Virus record (IMG/VR): IMGVR_UViG_2757320666_000001
Span: 1-64,000 of that record
Source: a virus
Lineage: Duplodnaviria > Caudoviricetes
Strand: one strand, 5' to 3'
DNA length: 64,000 nt
Part shown: positions 46,832-56,646 of the stretch, piece after piece
Position numbering within the stretch: position 1 is the stretch's first letter
Layout: every line of letters begins with the position of its first letter
Program-made: the position numbers and the translations under genes
The notes under the pieces: generated by a model
Told to the model about the DNA's origin: nothing
Database searches by the model: none
The model's input: the letters and a program-made list of their open reading frames with translations, nothing else

Positions 46832-49800
46832 ATGGCTTGTACAGTAGAAATTCAAGATATTCAAGAAGAAATAAAACTTGAATTAAAAGAAAAGTTTGAA
46901 TCTATAAAATTTACAAAATATAGAGATAGATTAGCAGGTTTTATTCCTTATGATATTAATAATCCTACAGAAGCTAAAGACCCTTTGTTTGGAAGAGTAC
47001 AATATCAAAAAAATAAATATAATACTCAATATAATTCTAAATTGTATGGAGAAGTAGTATCATTTAATCAAACAAAGGAAGGGATAGAATTTAATATTCA
47101 TCCTACTATAAAATTGGCAAAAGCAATGTCTAATCAAAATGAGCAAGATGCTTATAATGAAGCAAGAGCAAAAGCTGAAAAAGATTCAAGAAATGAAGGT
47201 AGAAAAATTCAGAATGAATATGATGAAATGAGAGATTTACCTCCAACATTTTCAGAGGATGATTTTGAATATATGCCAAGTAACAGTACAAATACTCCTG
47301 TATCAAAAACTGTTATACAACCTAACTTCAATGATGTTCTTGAACATAAAAGAAAATTACTTATCAATGTAGATAAAACTATTACAAGATTATATAATGA
47401 TAAAAGATTACATGATTCAGTTGAAATAACTAAAAAAATAGCTAAATTCAATTTAATTAAAGATTCTTTAGAAAAAGATATTAAAGACTTTAATAGTAAT
47501 ATTGATAAAGTATCATTGATTAGAGATTTTTTTGAAAAAGATATTCAAACAATAAATGAATTACTTTCTAATCCTACATTAGATAATGTATTTTTAGCAA
47601 AAACAATGTTTGATTATTTAGAAAGAACTAAAAAATCAGAAGCAAAAGATACTGATATTTTTGCTTTAAATAGTAAACAAGAGTTTGAAAAAGAAGTTCA
47701 AGATATAATTGATTATATAGAGAAACATTTAGAGAAAACTAAAAATAGAATAAATGAAACTGTAGATGACATCTTTCTTCAACTATTGGAAAAAAATGAA
47801 GATAACTTATCTAAATTATATCCAGGATTAACATTAGAAGAAATTAAAGAAGAACTATTAAAGAAATTACAGGATATAAATAAAATTGAATCTTACTTTT
47901 TTACTCAAGGTGCTAATTTATTATCAGAAAATAACATTATTGACCAGTTAATTATATTGGAATATAAGAGAGAAAAACAATTTCAAAATAATAAAATTCA
48001 ACCTATAATTGAAAGTATCAATAATGGTCTTCCTGCTATTGAAGAAGAATTAAAAAGACTTGGTAAATTCTTTACATTCAGAAAGAAAACAGTATTTGAT
48101 TATAATTGGTTATATAGAAAAGATAAGGTTGCTGAACCAGAGTTGATTAGTAAGTTTTCAAAAACTTATGAAAATACTATATACAATCTTCAAAAGAAAT
48201 ATCAAGAAGATTTATATCAAGCAAGAAGTCAGAAAGATTGGGCAGAAGTAGAAAGGTTATTAAAGAATAAATTTAATGATTTGAATGATAAGGTAGAATT
48301 TTTAAATTTTACTTTATTACATGATATATTTGATGACCCTATTTATGATAGTTTTAAAAGAGGAACTACTCAAGAAGCTGATAATTATAAGCAAGAAATA
48401 ATTGCTAAAATTGGGCAAGAAGAGTATGATAAAGCTATTGAAAATCAAAGAAATCTATTAGATAAATACTTAAATGAAGCAGGATTAATTATACAAGCAA
48501 AATTAGATGATGAAAATGTAACTGATGAAGCTCAATTATCTGGTGCTGCAAAAGATAGTATAGAAAATTCCCTTCAAAGAATTAGCCCATTGGCTTTCCT
48601 TGATTCTTTCTATGCTGGTAATTCTGGTATGGTAGAACTTAATTATGGTACTCAAAAAGATGAGAAACCTTCTTATATTAAATTCAATGGTTTTATACCA
48701 AAAGCACAAAATAATTTAGGATTAGATACAGGTTTCTTTGATGAAAACTTTAAAGATATTGAGAACAATCCTATAATGTATGATTTCTGGAAAAGAATGA
48801 AATCTGGTGTGGAATTAATAAATGAAAATCTTATTGATTCTGACTTGAAAGTAAAATACAATTCTATTTTGAGTTTTAAAGAAGGAATAACTAAACAAGT
48901 ATTAGATAAGTCATTTAAAACACAATTAAAAGAAGCATTTAGTAAATATACTAATTTACTTGGTTTATGGAAAAGTATTTTTAGTGCAAAGAATTATAAA
49001 CATAATGAATCAGAATATGTACAACTTGCACATCAAATAAAAACAATAGAAAGTGAGGTAAGTAAAGATTTTGCATTACTTAAAACTGATGTATCTAATA
49101 TAATAGGTAAGACTTTAATGGATAATACAGTTATTCATTGGAACTCTTTATCTTTAGAACAACAAGATAAGATACTTGCTGTAACAGGAATGAAAGATTC
49201 AGTTGAGTTTTTAGATAATTTAGATTCTACTAATGGTATATTTGGAGCAGGAGATTTGAAAATATTCTCTAAAATAAAGAATATGGAGCAACAATCTTTG
49301 AACTTACCAGCAGTAATAAAAGGATTATTAGAGTTATCAGCAGACCATAAAGCAAGAGCAACATCTAAAAATGAAACAAACATTTATAGAATGAAAAGTG
49401 CTGACATTTTAACAAAAGAAAATGGTTGGCATCAGAAAAAAGATGAAGTAAGAGAAAGTGAAATAAAAAGACAAGACTTCTTTTATGAAAAAGTTATTTT
49501 AAATAAAAATCAAAAAGACCATCCAGGAGGAGTAAATAACATAAGTGATATATTGAGAAAATCTTTAAGTAAAGAACATTTCAATGCTCCTATTGTAGGT
49601 AAAATATTTTATAAAAATTTCAACAAAGAAGAGAAAGTAATATATGATTCAGCAATTGAGAGAATAAAACAACTTGAAAATGAAATTGCACAAACTACTT
49701 CACCTAAAAAAGTTGAACAATTAAATATTGAAAAAGCTGCATTACATCAAAGAATAGAATTATTAGGTAAAGACTATATGATTAGTGCTTTATTTGATAA

Positions 49801-51622
49801 TATAGTTAATAAATTAAGAGTAAAAGTTGGTTTAGGATATAATTTACTTGCTGGAGTAAATAACTATAAACAAGGTTTTATTACTACATTAAATAGAGAT
49901 GGTGTATTTTGGCAAAGAGGTAACATTTATCCTGTTCAGCATTTTGTTGATTTAGGTTCAATAAGACATGTAAATCCTACTTATAAACAAAAATGGGAAA
50001 CAGCTAAATTATTTATAGAAAAATTAGGTATTGTAGAAACAGGAACTAATGAATTACAAAAAGCAGAAGCTGAAATAAAAAACAGAGCAGGTTGGATGCA
50101 ACCAATGTTTATTACTGAAAAAGTAGAATATCGAAATCAAGCAAAAGGTATTTTAGCTATGGCTATGGATGTTGAAGTAGAACATGCTACAGAAAAAAAT
50201 CCTGATGGTACTCCAGCTAAATATCCTTTATTCAATGGAAGTGATTTCATACCTTATATAAACAATAATGGTGTTTTAGAGTTAAAACCTGAATTTGATA
50301 CTCCAACAAATAGAGAACACTTAATTACTATGACTTCAAAAGATATTTCTGATTGGAAGTTAAATGTTAGAGCTATGAATAATAGTATGAATGGAGATTA
50401 TACTAAAGAAGGTGTTACAAGAATTAAAGGTAGCTTATTCACAAGACCATTAATGACTTTTAAAACTTGGATTCCAGAATACATAGGAGCAAGATGGAAA
50501 TATCAACAAAAAAATGTTCTTACTGGAGAAATTGAAACAGGTTTTATGTTATCAAGTTTACTTAATAAGAAAACTTCTGTTGCTGCTGGTTTAATGTTAG
50601 CAACTACAGGAGCATTAGGAATGGTAACAGCTTCACCTATTTTGATTGCTGGTTTTGTTGCTTCTTTAGGATTTGGATTTGGTTATACTAAATATATAGC
50701 ACATAAAAATAGAAATACAACTTTAGTAGATAATACTGAACCTATTGCTATGGTACAACAAGCTATGTATTGGTTAAAAATGATTAATCCTGTAGCTTTA
50801 GCTGAAATGCCAATAAATACTATATTTGGTAAAGAATTAATTAAACCTGTTGAGTTTAAATCAGAATTAAATCTTACTGAACAAGAAAAGAAAGATTTGA
50901 GAGCAATGGGTAGAAATATGCAACATTTAGCAATATTAATGTTAGTTAAGATAGCTATTCAAGCATTTTTAAAAGATAATGATGATGATGAACCTAAAGG
51001 AGAAGAAGGAACAGAGCAAAGAGCTAAATATGAAGCACAGAAATTAAGAAGAGCAGAAGGAAATCATACTTATAATTTTCTTGAAAATATGATTACTGGT
51101 ACTTTTAATGAATCTTCATTTGGTACAGACCCTGCTGCTTTATGGAAAGCTGGTTCAGAAGGTGGTATAGAAGGACAATTAAAAAGTATAATAAAGTTGG
51201 GTGTTGCTTTATGTAGTCCTACAGAAGAAATACAAAAAGGACCAAGACAAGGACAAAATAAATTAAGAAATGCAGCAGCATCAATGTTCATACCTGCTTT
51301 ATTTAGAGATTTAGGACATGATACTTATAGGTTTGGTTTTGAAAACTCTATGCTTACTGAATGGGATAAAGCAGAAGGTTTAGATGGTATATTTAACTCT
51401 GATTTTAAAGATGATAAGAAAGAACTAAAAGAAGCTAAACAAGCTAAAATACAAGAACTTCTTGAAGAATTTGAAACAGAAAATAATGTAGAATATGATG
51501 AATTACCAGAAGTAGAACAAGATGTAATTGATAAAGAAATTAAAAAAGAACTTGGAGATGAATTTAAAATAGACAGAGAAAATTATGATGAAGAGCAAAA
51601 TAAATCTGTAGATGAAGAATAA
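46832..51622 (+). CDS. Large virion cargo/ejection protein with membrane-like segments
   Basis: Last late gene after the RNAP; 1596 aa, helical; 38-aa uncharged stretch at 50573-50686; acidic C-terminus. Confidence 0.7.
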   Translation: MACTVEIQDIQEEIKLELKEKFESIKFTKYRDRLAGFIPYDINNPTEAKDPLFGRVQYQKNKYNTQYNSKLYGEVVSFNQTKEGIEFNIHPTIKLAKAMSNQNEQDAYNEARAKAEKDSRNEGRKIQNEYDEMRDLPPTFSEDDFEYMPSNSTNTPVSKTVIQPNFNDVLEHKRKLLINVDKTITRLYNDKRLHDSVEITKKIAKFNLIKDSLEKDIKDFNSNIDKVSLIRDFFEKDIQTINELLSNPTLDNVFLAKTMFDYLERTKKSEAKDTDIFALNSKQEFEKEVQDIIDYIEKHLEKTKNRINETVDDIFLQLLEKNEDNLSKLYPGLTLEEIKEELLKKLQDINKIESYFFTQGANLLSENNIIDQLIILEYKREKQFQNNKIQPIIESINNGLPAIEEELKRLGKFFTFRKKTVFDYNWLYRKDKVAEPELISKFSKTYENTIYNLQKKYQEDLYQARSQKDWAEVERLLKNKFNDLNDKVEFLNFTLLHDIFDDPIYDSFKRGTTQEADNYKQEIIAKIGQEEYDKAIENQRNLLDKYLNEAGLIIQAKLDDENVTDEAQLSGAAKDSIENSLQRISPLAFLDSFYAGNSGMVELNYGTQKDEKPSYIKFNGFIPKAQNNLGLDTGFFDENFKDIENNPIMYDFWKRMKSGVELINENLIDSDLKVKYNSILSFKEGITKQVLDKSFKTQLKEAFSKYTNLLGLWKSIFSAKNYKHNESEYVQLAHQIKTIESEVSKDFALLKTDVSNIIGKTLMDNTVIHWNSLSLEQQDKILAVTGMKDSVEFLDNLDSTNGIFGAGDLKIFSKIKNMEQQSLNLPAVIKGLLELSADHKARATSKNETNIYRMKSADILTKENGWHQKKDEVRESEIKRQDFFYEKVILNKNQKDHPGGVNNISDILRKSLSKEHFNAPIVGKIFYKNFNKEEKVIYDSAIERIKQLENEIAQTTSPKKVEQLNIEKAALHQRIELLGKDYMISALFDNIVNKLRVKVGLGYNLLAGVNNYKQGFITTLNRDGVFWQRGNIYPVQHFVDLGSIRHVNPTYKQKWETAKLFIEKLGIVETGTNELQKAEAEIKNRAGWMQPMFITEKVEYRNQAKGILAMAMDVEVEHATEKNPDGTPAKYPLFNGSDFIPYINNNGVLELKPEFDTPTNREHLITMTSKDISDWKLNVRAMNNSMNGDYTKEGVTRIKGSLFTRPLMTFKTWIPEYIGARWKYQQKNVLTGEIETGFMLSSLLNKKTSVAAGLMLATTGALGMVTASPILIAGFVASLGFGFGYTKYIAHKNRNTTLVDNTEPIAMVQQAMYWLKMINPVALAEMPINTIFGKELIKPVEFKSELNLTEQEKKDLRAMGRNMQHLAILMLVKIAIQAFLKDNDDDEPKGEEGTEQRAKYEAQKLRRAEGNHTYNFLENMITGTFNESSFGTDPAALWKAGSEGGIEGQLKSIIKLGVALCSPTEEIQKGPRQGQNKLRNAAASMFIPALFRDLGHDTYRFGFENSMLTEWDKAEGLDGIFNSDFKDDKKELKEAKQAKIQELLEEFETENNVEYDELPEVEQDVIDKEIKKELGDEFKIDRENYDEEQNKSVDEE

Positions 51623-51646
51623 AAAAAAGTAAAAGTGAGGAAATAA

Positions 51647-51696
51647 AAATGCACACATATTCCGTTTTAGTATATTTTCGGAAAATGTGTGCATTT
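51647..51696. terminator. Long hairpin at the convergence of the + and - transcription units (probable bidirectional terminator)
   Basis: aaatgcacacatattccg / cggaaaatgtgtgcattt, 17 of 18 pairs, 14-nt loop. Confidence 0.75.
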
Positions 51697-51705
51697 GTTT
51701 TAAAT

Positions 51706-51897
51706 TTAATTCTTTTTTCGTAAGTAGTTATAAGTTCTAATATGTGTAACAGATTTTTCTTCTTCACATATACCACAAATTGCTTTGTGAAATGTACTAC
51801 AACCTCCTTCTTCTTTTTGCTTTTCTGTTAAATATTGTACACCACATTCAAAACAGACATAATCTGACTTTCTATTTTCTACTGTATTCATACTCAA
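51706..51897 (-). CDS. Small Zn-ribbon protein
   Basis: CFEC...CGIC; ATGA overlap with the upstream gene. Confidence 0.7.
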   Translation of the reverse strand: MSMNTVENRKSDYVCFECGVQYLTEKQKEEGGCSTFHKAICGICEEEKSVTHIRTYNYLRKKN

Positions 51898-52214
51898 TTG
51901 TTTTTAAATTCTTTACATGCTTTCATAGCTAAAGTAACATCTTTTCCTGTTACAGCACATTTATGCATAATTCTTTTATTTGGTTGAGTTTTTAATAGAT
52001 ATTTACAAGTTTTACATCTATGAGTTTGACTATAATCTGTTAGTAAAGATTTTAATAATAAATCTTCATTGACAGTTAATTCAATACCTTTTTCATTTAT
52101 AGAATTAAAGATATTTCTTAAATCTATTTCAATTTCTTTATGAGGTAAACTTCTAAAAATAAAGATTATATTATGGTCTTTCAGAGAATAACACCAAATA
52201 ACTTCTTCCATCAT
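51894..52214 (-). CDS. Hypothetical protein with C-terminal Cys cluster
   Basis: CKTCKY...C......AC; ATGA coupling at both ends. Confidence 0.7.
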   Translation of the reverse strand: MMEEVIWCYSLKDHNIIFIFRSLPHKEIEIDLRNIFNSINEKGIELTVNEDLLLKSLLTDYSQTHRCKTCKYLLKTQPNKRIMHKCAVTGKDVTLAMKACKEFKNN

Positions 52215-52435
52215 TCTAAAATTATAAAATGTTTTTTAATTTCAATTGGATTTCTAATTCTTGATTCTACATAACTAATAGAATATTCCCAACCTATATT
52301 AAACTTATCTCTTAATTGTTGCATACCATAATAATCTACCATAGTATTAATTGATTCAATACATTTATAACAAGGTCTTTCTTTATTACAAACTGTTTCA
52401 TGTAAACTCATAATTAAAAAGCAATTAATTTCCAA
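52211..52435 (-). CDS. Hypothetical Cys-containing protein
   Basis: C...PCYKC; ATGA coupling. Confidence 0.55.
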   Translation of the reverse strand: MEINCFLIMSLHETVCNKERPCYKCIESINTMVDYYGMQQLRDKFNIGWEYSISYVESRIRNPIEIKKHFIILE

Positions 52436-53175
52436 GTTACACCAATCCCAATAAATACTTGTGGTTGAAAGCTGTTTCCAATTCCATAATAAACACCTGG
52501 TCCAATTGTTATTCTTTTAGTTGCTGGTTCTTTTGTACTATAAACTCTCATTTGCTTTACTTCACTATAAGGATTTAATAATACTACATCAGCAAAGGTT
52601 TTACCTTTACCTAACCCAAGAAAACCTGTTTTTTCTTTACCTATAATCAGATTTAACTCTTCTTTATAAGTAAGTTTTATTGAGGTACTATCTTTTGTAG
52701 CAATTGTGCTTCCTTTTATCCAACCTTTTAAATTGAAATTAGAAGTATATACAGGACTTTTTATAGAATCTAATGGTAATATACTATCTATTACTTTTGT
52801 TGCAACTGTAGTACCTACATTTGTTTCTGTGTTGATAATTGATATGCTACCTTGTCTATGTATTTTAGATTTATTACTTTCTACAAGTTTCTGTAATTTT
52901 TGTATAGTTGTGTCTTTTGTAGCTAAACTAATGAAATCTTTTTCCTTATCTGCTTCAAATACTGATATTTTAGCAGCATTTAAACCATCTTTTGTTTTAT
53001 AAGTAGTTAAACTATCTTTCAAACTCTGATTTAATGCTACTGATATACCACCTTGTCTTTCCATTTCACATCCTCTAAATAATAATATAGCAATTACTAT
53101 AATAGATATGATAATGTAAACTTTTCTCATTGGTTTTAAATCTTTTTCAAATTCTATTTGTTCAAATGTTGTCAT
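52414..53175 (-). CDS. Membrane-anchored protein with C-terminal amphipathic beta-hairpin (DUF6549/DUF6808-like, spanin candidate)
   Basis: N-terminal hydrophobic helix ending LLFRGC (alternative ATG at 53130); C-terminus IGPGVYYG...VFIGIGVTWKLIAF. Confidence 0.65.
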   Translation of the reverse strand: MTTFEQIEFEKDLKPMRKVYIIISIIVIAILLFRGCEMERQGGISVALNQSLKDSLTTYKTKDGLNAAKISVFEADKEKDFISLATKDTTIQKLQKLVESNKSKIHRQGSISIINTETNVGTTVATKVIDSILPLDSIKSPVYTSNFNLKGWIKGSTIATKDSTSIKLTYKEELNLIIGKEKTGFLGLGKGKTFADVVLLNPYSEVKQMRVYSTKEPATKRITIGPGVYYGIGNSFQPQVFIGIGVTWKLIAF

Positions 53176-53179
53176 ATTT

Positions 53180-53497
53180 TTATTTTTTACAATGTTCCAT
53201 TAAATAAATTTGAATGACATCCCAATTAATACCAATATTGGCATCATGTTTATGAATAATCATTTCTAAAACTTCTTCAAATTTTGTCTCATCAAAATCT
53301 AAATCAGGACTAAAACCTTTTAAATTTTCAGCTTGATGTTTAAGGTCTTCTACAGACCAAGATATACTTCGAGATTTTGGATAGTAATCATTTTCAACTA
53401 ATTCTATGACTTTCATCATACCATAACCTTTAGCTTTTTCTCTTGAATCTCCAAAATCTAATAATTCTTGAGCATGTTGTTTTAATTCTTTTAGCAT
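53180..53497 (-). CDS. Hypothetical protein
   Basis: Clean ORF in the operon. Confidence 0.7.
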   Translation of the reverse strand: MLKELKQHAQELLDFGDSREKAKGYGMMKVIELVENDYYPKSRSISWSVEDLKHQAENLKGFSPDLDFDETKFEEVLEMIIHKHDANIGINWDVIQIYLMEHCKK

Positions 53498-53511
53498 AAT
53501 ATGATATTTAT

Positions 53512-53537
53512 AAAGAGGAGTATTTCTACTCCTCTTT
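53512..53537 (-). terminator. Terminator-like hairpin with GAAA tetraloop
   Basis: 11-bp perfect stem aaagaggagta / tactcctcttt just downstream of the mazG-like gene. Confidence 0.7.
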
Positions 53538-53542
53538 TAAGA

Positions 53543-54121
53543 TTATTTTTCTAATTCTACTCTTTCAGCTTCTAAATTTCTATTTAAAGCAGCTTCATTA
53601 GTAAAAGAATCAGGGTATCTTACTTGTAATTTGTTAATATTATTTGTAAGTAATTGATAAAAATCAAATTGCCAAAAATCAGAAAGAAATTTAGTAACTG
53701 TAAGTAAATTAAAAGTGTTCATCATATCAAGATTACCAAAGAAATCTTTGTAAAATTGAATAGTAAAATCAACTTTAACATCAGTAGTTCTTTCAGGAAT
53801 TTTAATAAAATCATCATAAACACTACATAGATTCAACCATAAAGTCTTATCAACTTCTGTAATATCATCTAATAAAATTAATCCTTCAAGATTAGCTTTA
53901 TTAGCAATATACCACATTTTATCAGAAATTTCTTCTCCTATATTGACTACATCAACAGGTTTTGAATAAGCTAAATTCTTTTTACATACATCAAGTATTT
54001 CTCCAACTTCTGTAGTAATTCCTAACCACATGTGATTCTGATTTTTTTCATCAGTTTGTAAATCAACACAGGTTCTACTTGCTAATTGCTGGTATTCAGC
54101 AATATTTTTAATTTTTTCCAT
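53543..54121 (-). CDS. mazG: MazG-like nucleotide pyrophosphohydrolase
   Basis: GITTEVGEILD..KK..AY...GEEISDKMWYIA and NINKLQVRYP motifs, separated by an insertion. Confidence 0.8.
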   Translation of the reverse strand: MEKIKNIAEYQQLASRTCVDLQTDEKNQNHMWLGITTEVGEILDVCKKNLAYSKPVDVVNIGEEISDKMWYIANKANLEGLILLDDITEVDKTLWLNLCSVYDDFIKIPERTTDVKVDFTIQFYKDFFGNLDMMNTFNLLTVTKFLSDFWQFDFYQLLTNNINKLQVRYPDSFTNEAALNRNLEAERVELEK

Positions 54122-54133
54122 CTTAAATTTTTA

Positions 54134-54418
54134 TTATTCTACACCAATAATTTCATCATAGTAAACAATAGTATGTAAAATTGTTTTTACATCTTTTACT
54201 TCTTCTATAATTTTAGCACCATGAAAATCCACATGTTTTGTAAAAATAGGTACATCTCCTACATTTATAATACCTTCTGGACATTCTTCTCCTAACTGTA
54301 AAACTTTAAAAGTTATATCAAATGTTTCCTCTGGAGCAGATTTACCAGTTAATATAATTTTAGTTTGTTTTTTAGTCATTGTTTGTTCTACAAGAACTCT
54401 TCTACCTATTACTTTCAT
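54134..54418 (-). CDS. groES: Co-chaperonin GroES-like (Cpn10)
   Basis: RRVLVE...KIIL...VLQLG...INVGD...EIIGV aligns with the GroES fold. Confidence 0.8.
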   Translation of the reverse strand: MKVIGRRVLVEQTMTKKQTKIILTGKSAPEETFDITFKVLQLGEECPEGIINVGDVPIFTKHVDFHGAKIIEEVKDVKTILHTIVYYDEIIGVE

Positions 54419-54439
54419 AATTTTTATTTTTAAATTAGC

Positions 54440-55525
54440 TTACAAAGATAAGTTATTATCTACAATATATCTATATTGAATAAAACCTTTTAAATTATTA
54501 CACCAACCTAAATCTCTTCGAGTAATAGCTTTTTCTCTATTTAATCCTTGAACAGTTTTTACAGCAGTATAATATTCTTCATCAGACATTGCTCTTGCTG
54601 TATGTTCAAATGGACTTGAATGAGGAGGATGTTGATTTAAAAGTCTATCATGTAAAGCAATTAAGTTTTCATAGTTAAGCTCTTTTTCTTCTCCTACTAC
54701 TGTATAAGAAGTTCTTGCTGCCATTGCTACTGAAATTTTAATATCATTTAATTCAAAATCTTTTACTAATTTATCAATATCATCAGCATTTATATCAGAA
54801 TAACTTTCAAATCTCTCAATAAAAGGAATATGCCACTCTCCAGCTTTTAATTGTTTAGGTGTACTTTCATTGTAAGCATCCCAAATACATTCAGCTAAAG
54901 CCATCATGTGAATTTCAGCTTGACCTGTATTTTGTTTTAACCAAAATAAATCATTCCAATCATTTACTTCTACTGGTCTTGTAACATCTTTTCCTGTCTC
55001 AAAAGTACCATTCCAAGCAGCTACCCAGTCTTTTTTACTTCTATAAGATTTGTTTTCAGGTTCAAAATAATATTGAGGACATCTTAAATAAAAGAAATTA
55101 TCCCAACCTGATTTTGGTCCAGTAATTAACATAGTAGTCCACATAAAAGGTTCTAAAAGTCTGTTACAAAGTTGTTTAGTAACTTTATTTTTATCCAAAT
55201 CTTTTGCTCCTTCTACAGCTCTATCTCTTGCTATAAACCAACTTTCTTGTAAATCAAGAATTTCATGTTCTCCTTCCCAATATTCTGTTCCTTGCATACC
55301 TTTATGGTCTTTTTGCCAACCAATAGGAACAAATGGATTTCTCTCAATCATTTCTAATAATTTACTAAATGGAATAGCTCTTGATGATGAGGTATTTTTA
55401 CTTAACATCCTGTGAGTATTTATTTCGCTTAAAATTATACGAGGAAATGTTATTAAAAAAGATGTCAATCTTTCTCCCTGTGGACTTATACTATCTGCAA
55501 CTATCTCTGCACTTATTTTACTCAT
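54440..55525 (-). CDS. thyX: FAD-dependent thymidylate synthase
   Basis: EINTHRMLSKNTSSSRAIP, KQLCNRLLEPF, ARTSY and HSSPFEH motifs. Confidence 0.9.
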   Translation of the reverse strand: MSKISAEIVADSISPQGERLTSFLITFPRIILSEINTHRMLSKNTSSSRAIPFSKLLEMIERNPFVPIGWQKDHKGMQGTEYWEGEHEILDLQESWFIARDRAVEGAKDLDKNKVTKQLCNRLLEPFMWTTMLITGPKSGWDNFFYLRCPQYYFEPENKSYRSKKDWVAAWNGTFETGKDVTRPVEVNDWNDLFWLKQNTGQAEIHMMALAECIWDAYNESTPKQLKAGEWHIPFIERFESYSDINADDIDKLVKDFELNDIKISVAMAARTSYTVVGEEKELNYENLIALHDRLLNQHPPHSSPFEHTARAMSDEEYYTAVKTVQGLNREKAITRRDLGWCNNLKGFIQYRYIVDNNLSL

Positions 55526-56150
55526 TGTTTTGATTTTTATAATTTTTAAATTCTTCCTCTGTCATATCACCTTTACTACAATTACAACTTAAACAAGCCA
55601 TTGTTATATTGTTAGAAGAATGAGTTCCCCCTTTATTTAAAGGAAGTTTATGTTCTAATGTTCTAAATTTTACAGAAATATCTTCTTCACAGTAATAGCA
55701 TATATTTTGACCATACACTTCTATTACAAATTCAGAAGTTACAGTACCATCACTTACCAATTTAATTTTATTTCTTCTGTTAAACTGATTAATTCTATGT
55801 AATGACCTCCACCAAAGTCTATTATTATCTCTGTATTTTTGTGTTTGTACTCTCCTCTCTTCTTTAGTTTTTCTTTTAAGTTGTCTTTTAGAAGAACAAG
55901 ATTTACAATATGAAGATTTACCTTTTCTACCTCTTATAGAATCACTAAAGTTTTCTAATTCTACCATATCTTTACACTCACCACATTGCTTATGTGTATC
56001 AGTTACAGTTGGTATAAATTTCAAAGTGCAACCAATACTTATAGAATATTTTTGATTTCTCTTCTGTACACAATTTTTACAATTATATTTTCTTGAAGGA
56101 GTAAATTCTACTTCGGGTTCAGATTTATGACAGTCATTACAAATTTTCAT
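55518..56150 (-). mobile_element. HNH endonuclease with N-terminal Zn fingers (putative freestanding homing endonuclease)
   Basis: CNDC/CKNC and CGEC/CKSC fingers; CYYC...LEHKLPLNKGGTH..NN...CLSCNCSKG HNH core; overlaps the thyX start. Confidence 0.85.
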
Positions 56151-56170
56151 ATATTCATTCTTTTAGAGAA

Positions 56171-56178
56171 CAAATATA
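56171..56178 (-). promoter_or_regulatory. Bacteroidota -7 box TATATTTG (minus strand) in front of the HNH gene
   Basis: CAAATATA on the + strand, 20 nt upstream of the ATG at 56150. Confidence 0.55.
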
Positions 56179-56225
56179 TGAAAATTTTTTACTTCTACAA
56201 GAATAGGTAAGCCACTATTTCTGCT

Positions 56226-56450
56226 TTAATCATTAAAATATATTTTTTGTAATATTAAACAATCTGTTTTACCTTCTACTAATAAATCATTCAAATCCCT
56301 TAAAGTAGAACCTTCTTTTAGAGTAATTTCCATAGATTTTACTGTTTCTGTTTCAGTAAATTCTATTATTTTTTTCTCTATTTCATCTGTCATTCTACCT
56401 TCAAATGTTTCAAAGATAACTTGACCATTTTTTATAAATTCTGCTTTCAT
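56226..56450 (-). CDS. Hypothetical protein
   Basis: ATGA overlap with the upstream gene. Confidence 0.7.
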   Translation of the reverse strand: MKAEFIKNGQVIFETFEGRMTDEIEKKIIEFTETETVKSMEITLKEGSTLRDLNDLLVEGKTDCLILQKIYFND

Positions 56451-56644
56451 AATTCTTGATTTATTGTTGCTTTTAATTCTATACTAAATTCTTTTTCAGA
56501 ACTTATAGATACTGTTTTCTTATCAGTAGCTATGTTAAAATTACATACTACACCTTCTGCATGTAATTCTTTTAATCCTTCTTCTAAAGCACCTAATAAA
56601 ATTTTGATACCTTGTACTTTCTCTTTAATTGTTATATCACTCAT
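56447..56644 (-). CDS. Hypothetical protein
   Basis: Packed ORF with ATGA coupling. Confidence 0.7.
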   Translation of the reverse strand: MSDITIKEKVQGIKILLGALEEGLKELHAEGVVCNFNIATDKKTVSISSEKEFSIELKATINQEL

Positions 56645-56646
56645 TT

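Noticed and set aside
590-51622. Genome-wide TGA or TAG reassignment
   Set aside because: Very long late ORFs are intact under code 11, TAG ends four genes at plausible positions, TGA is used in ATGA overlaps, and only one in-frame TGA was found
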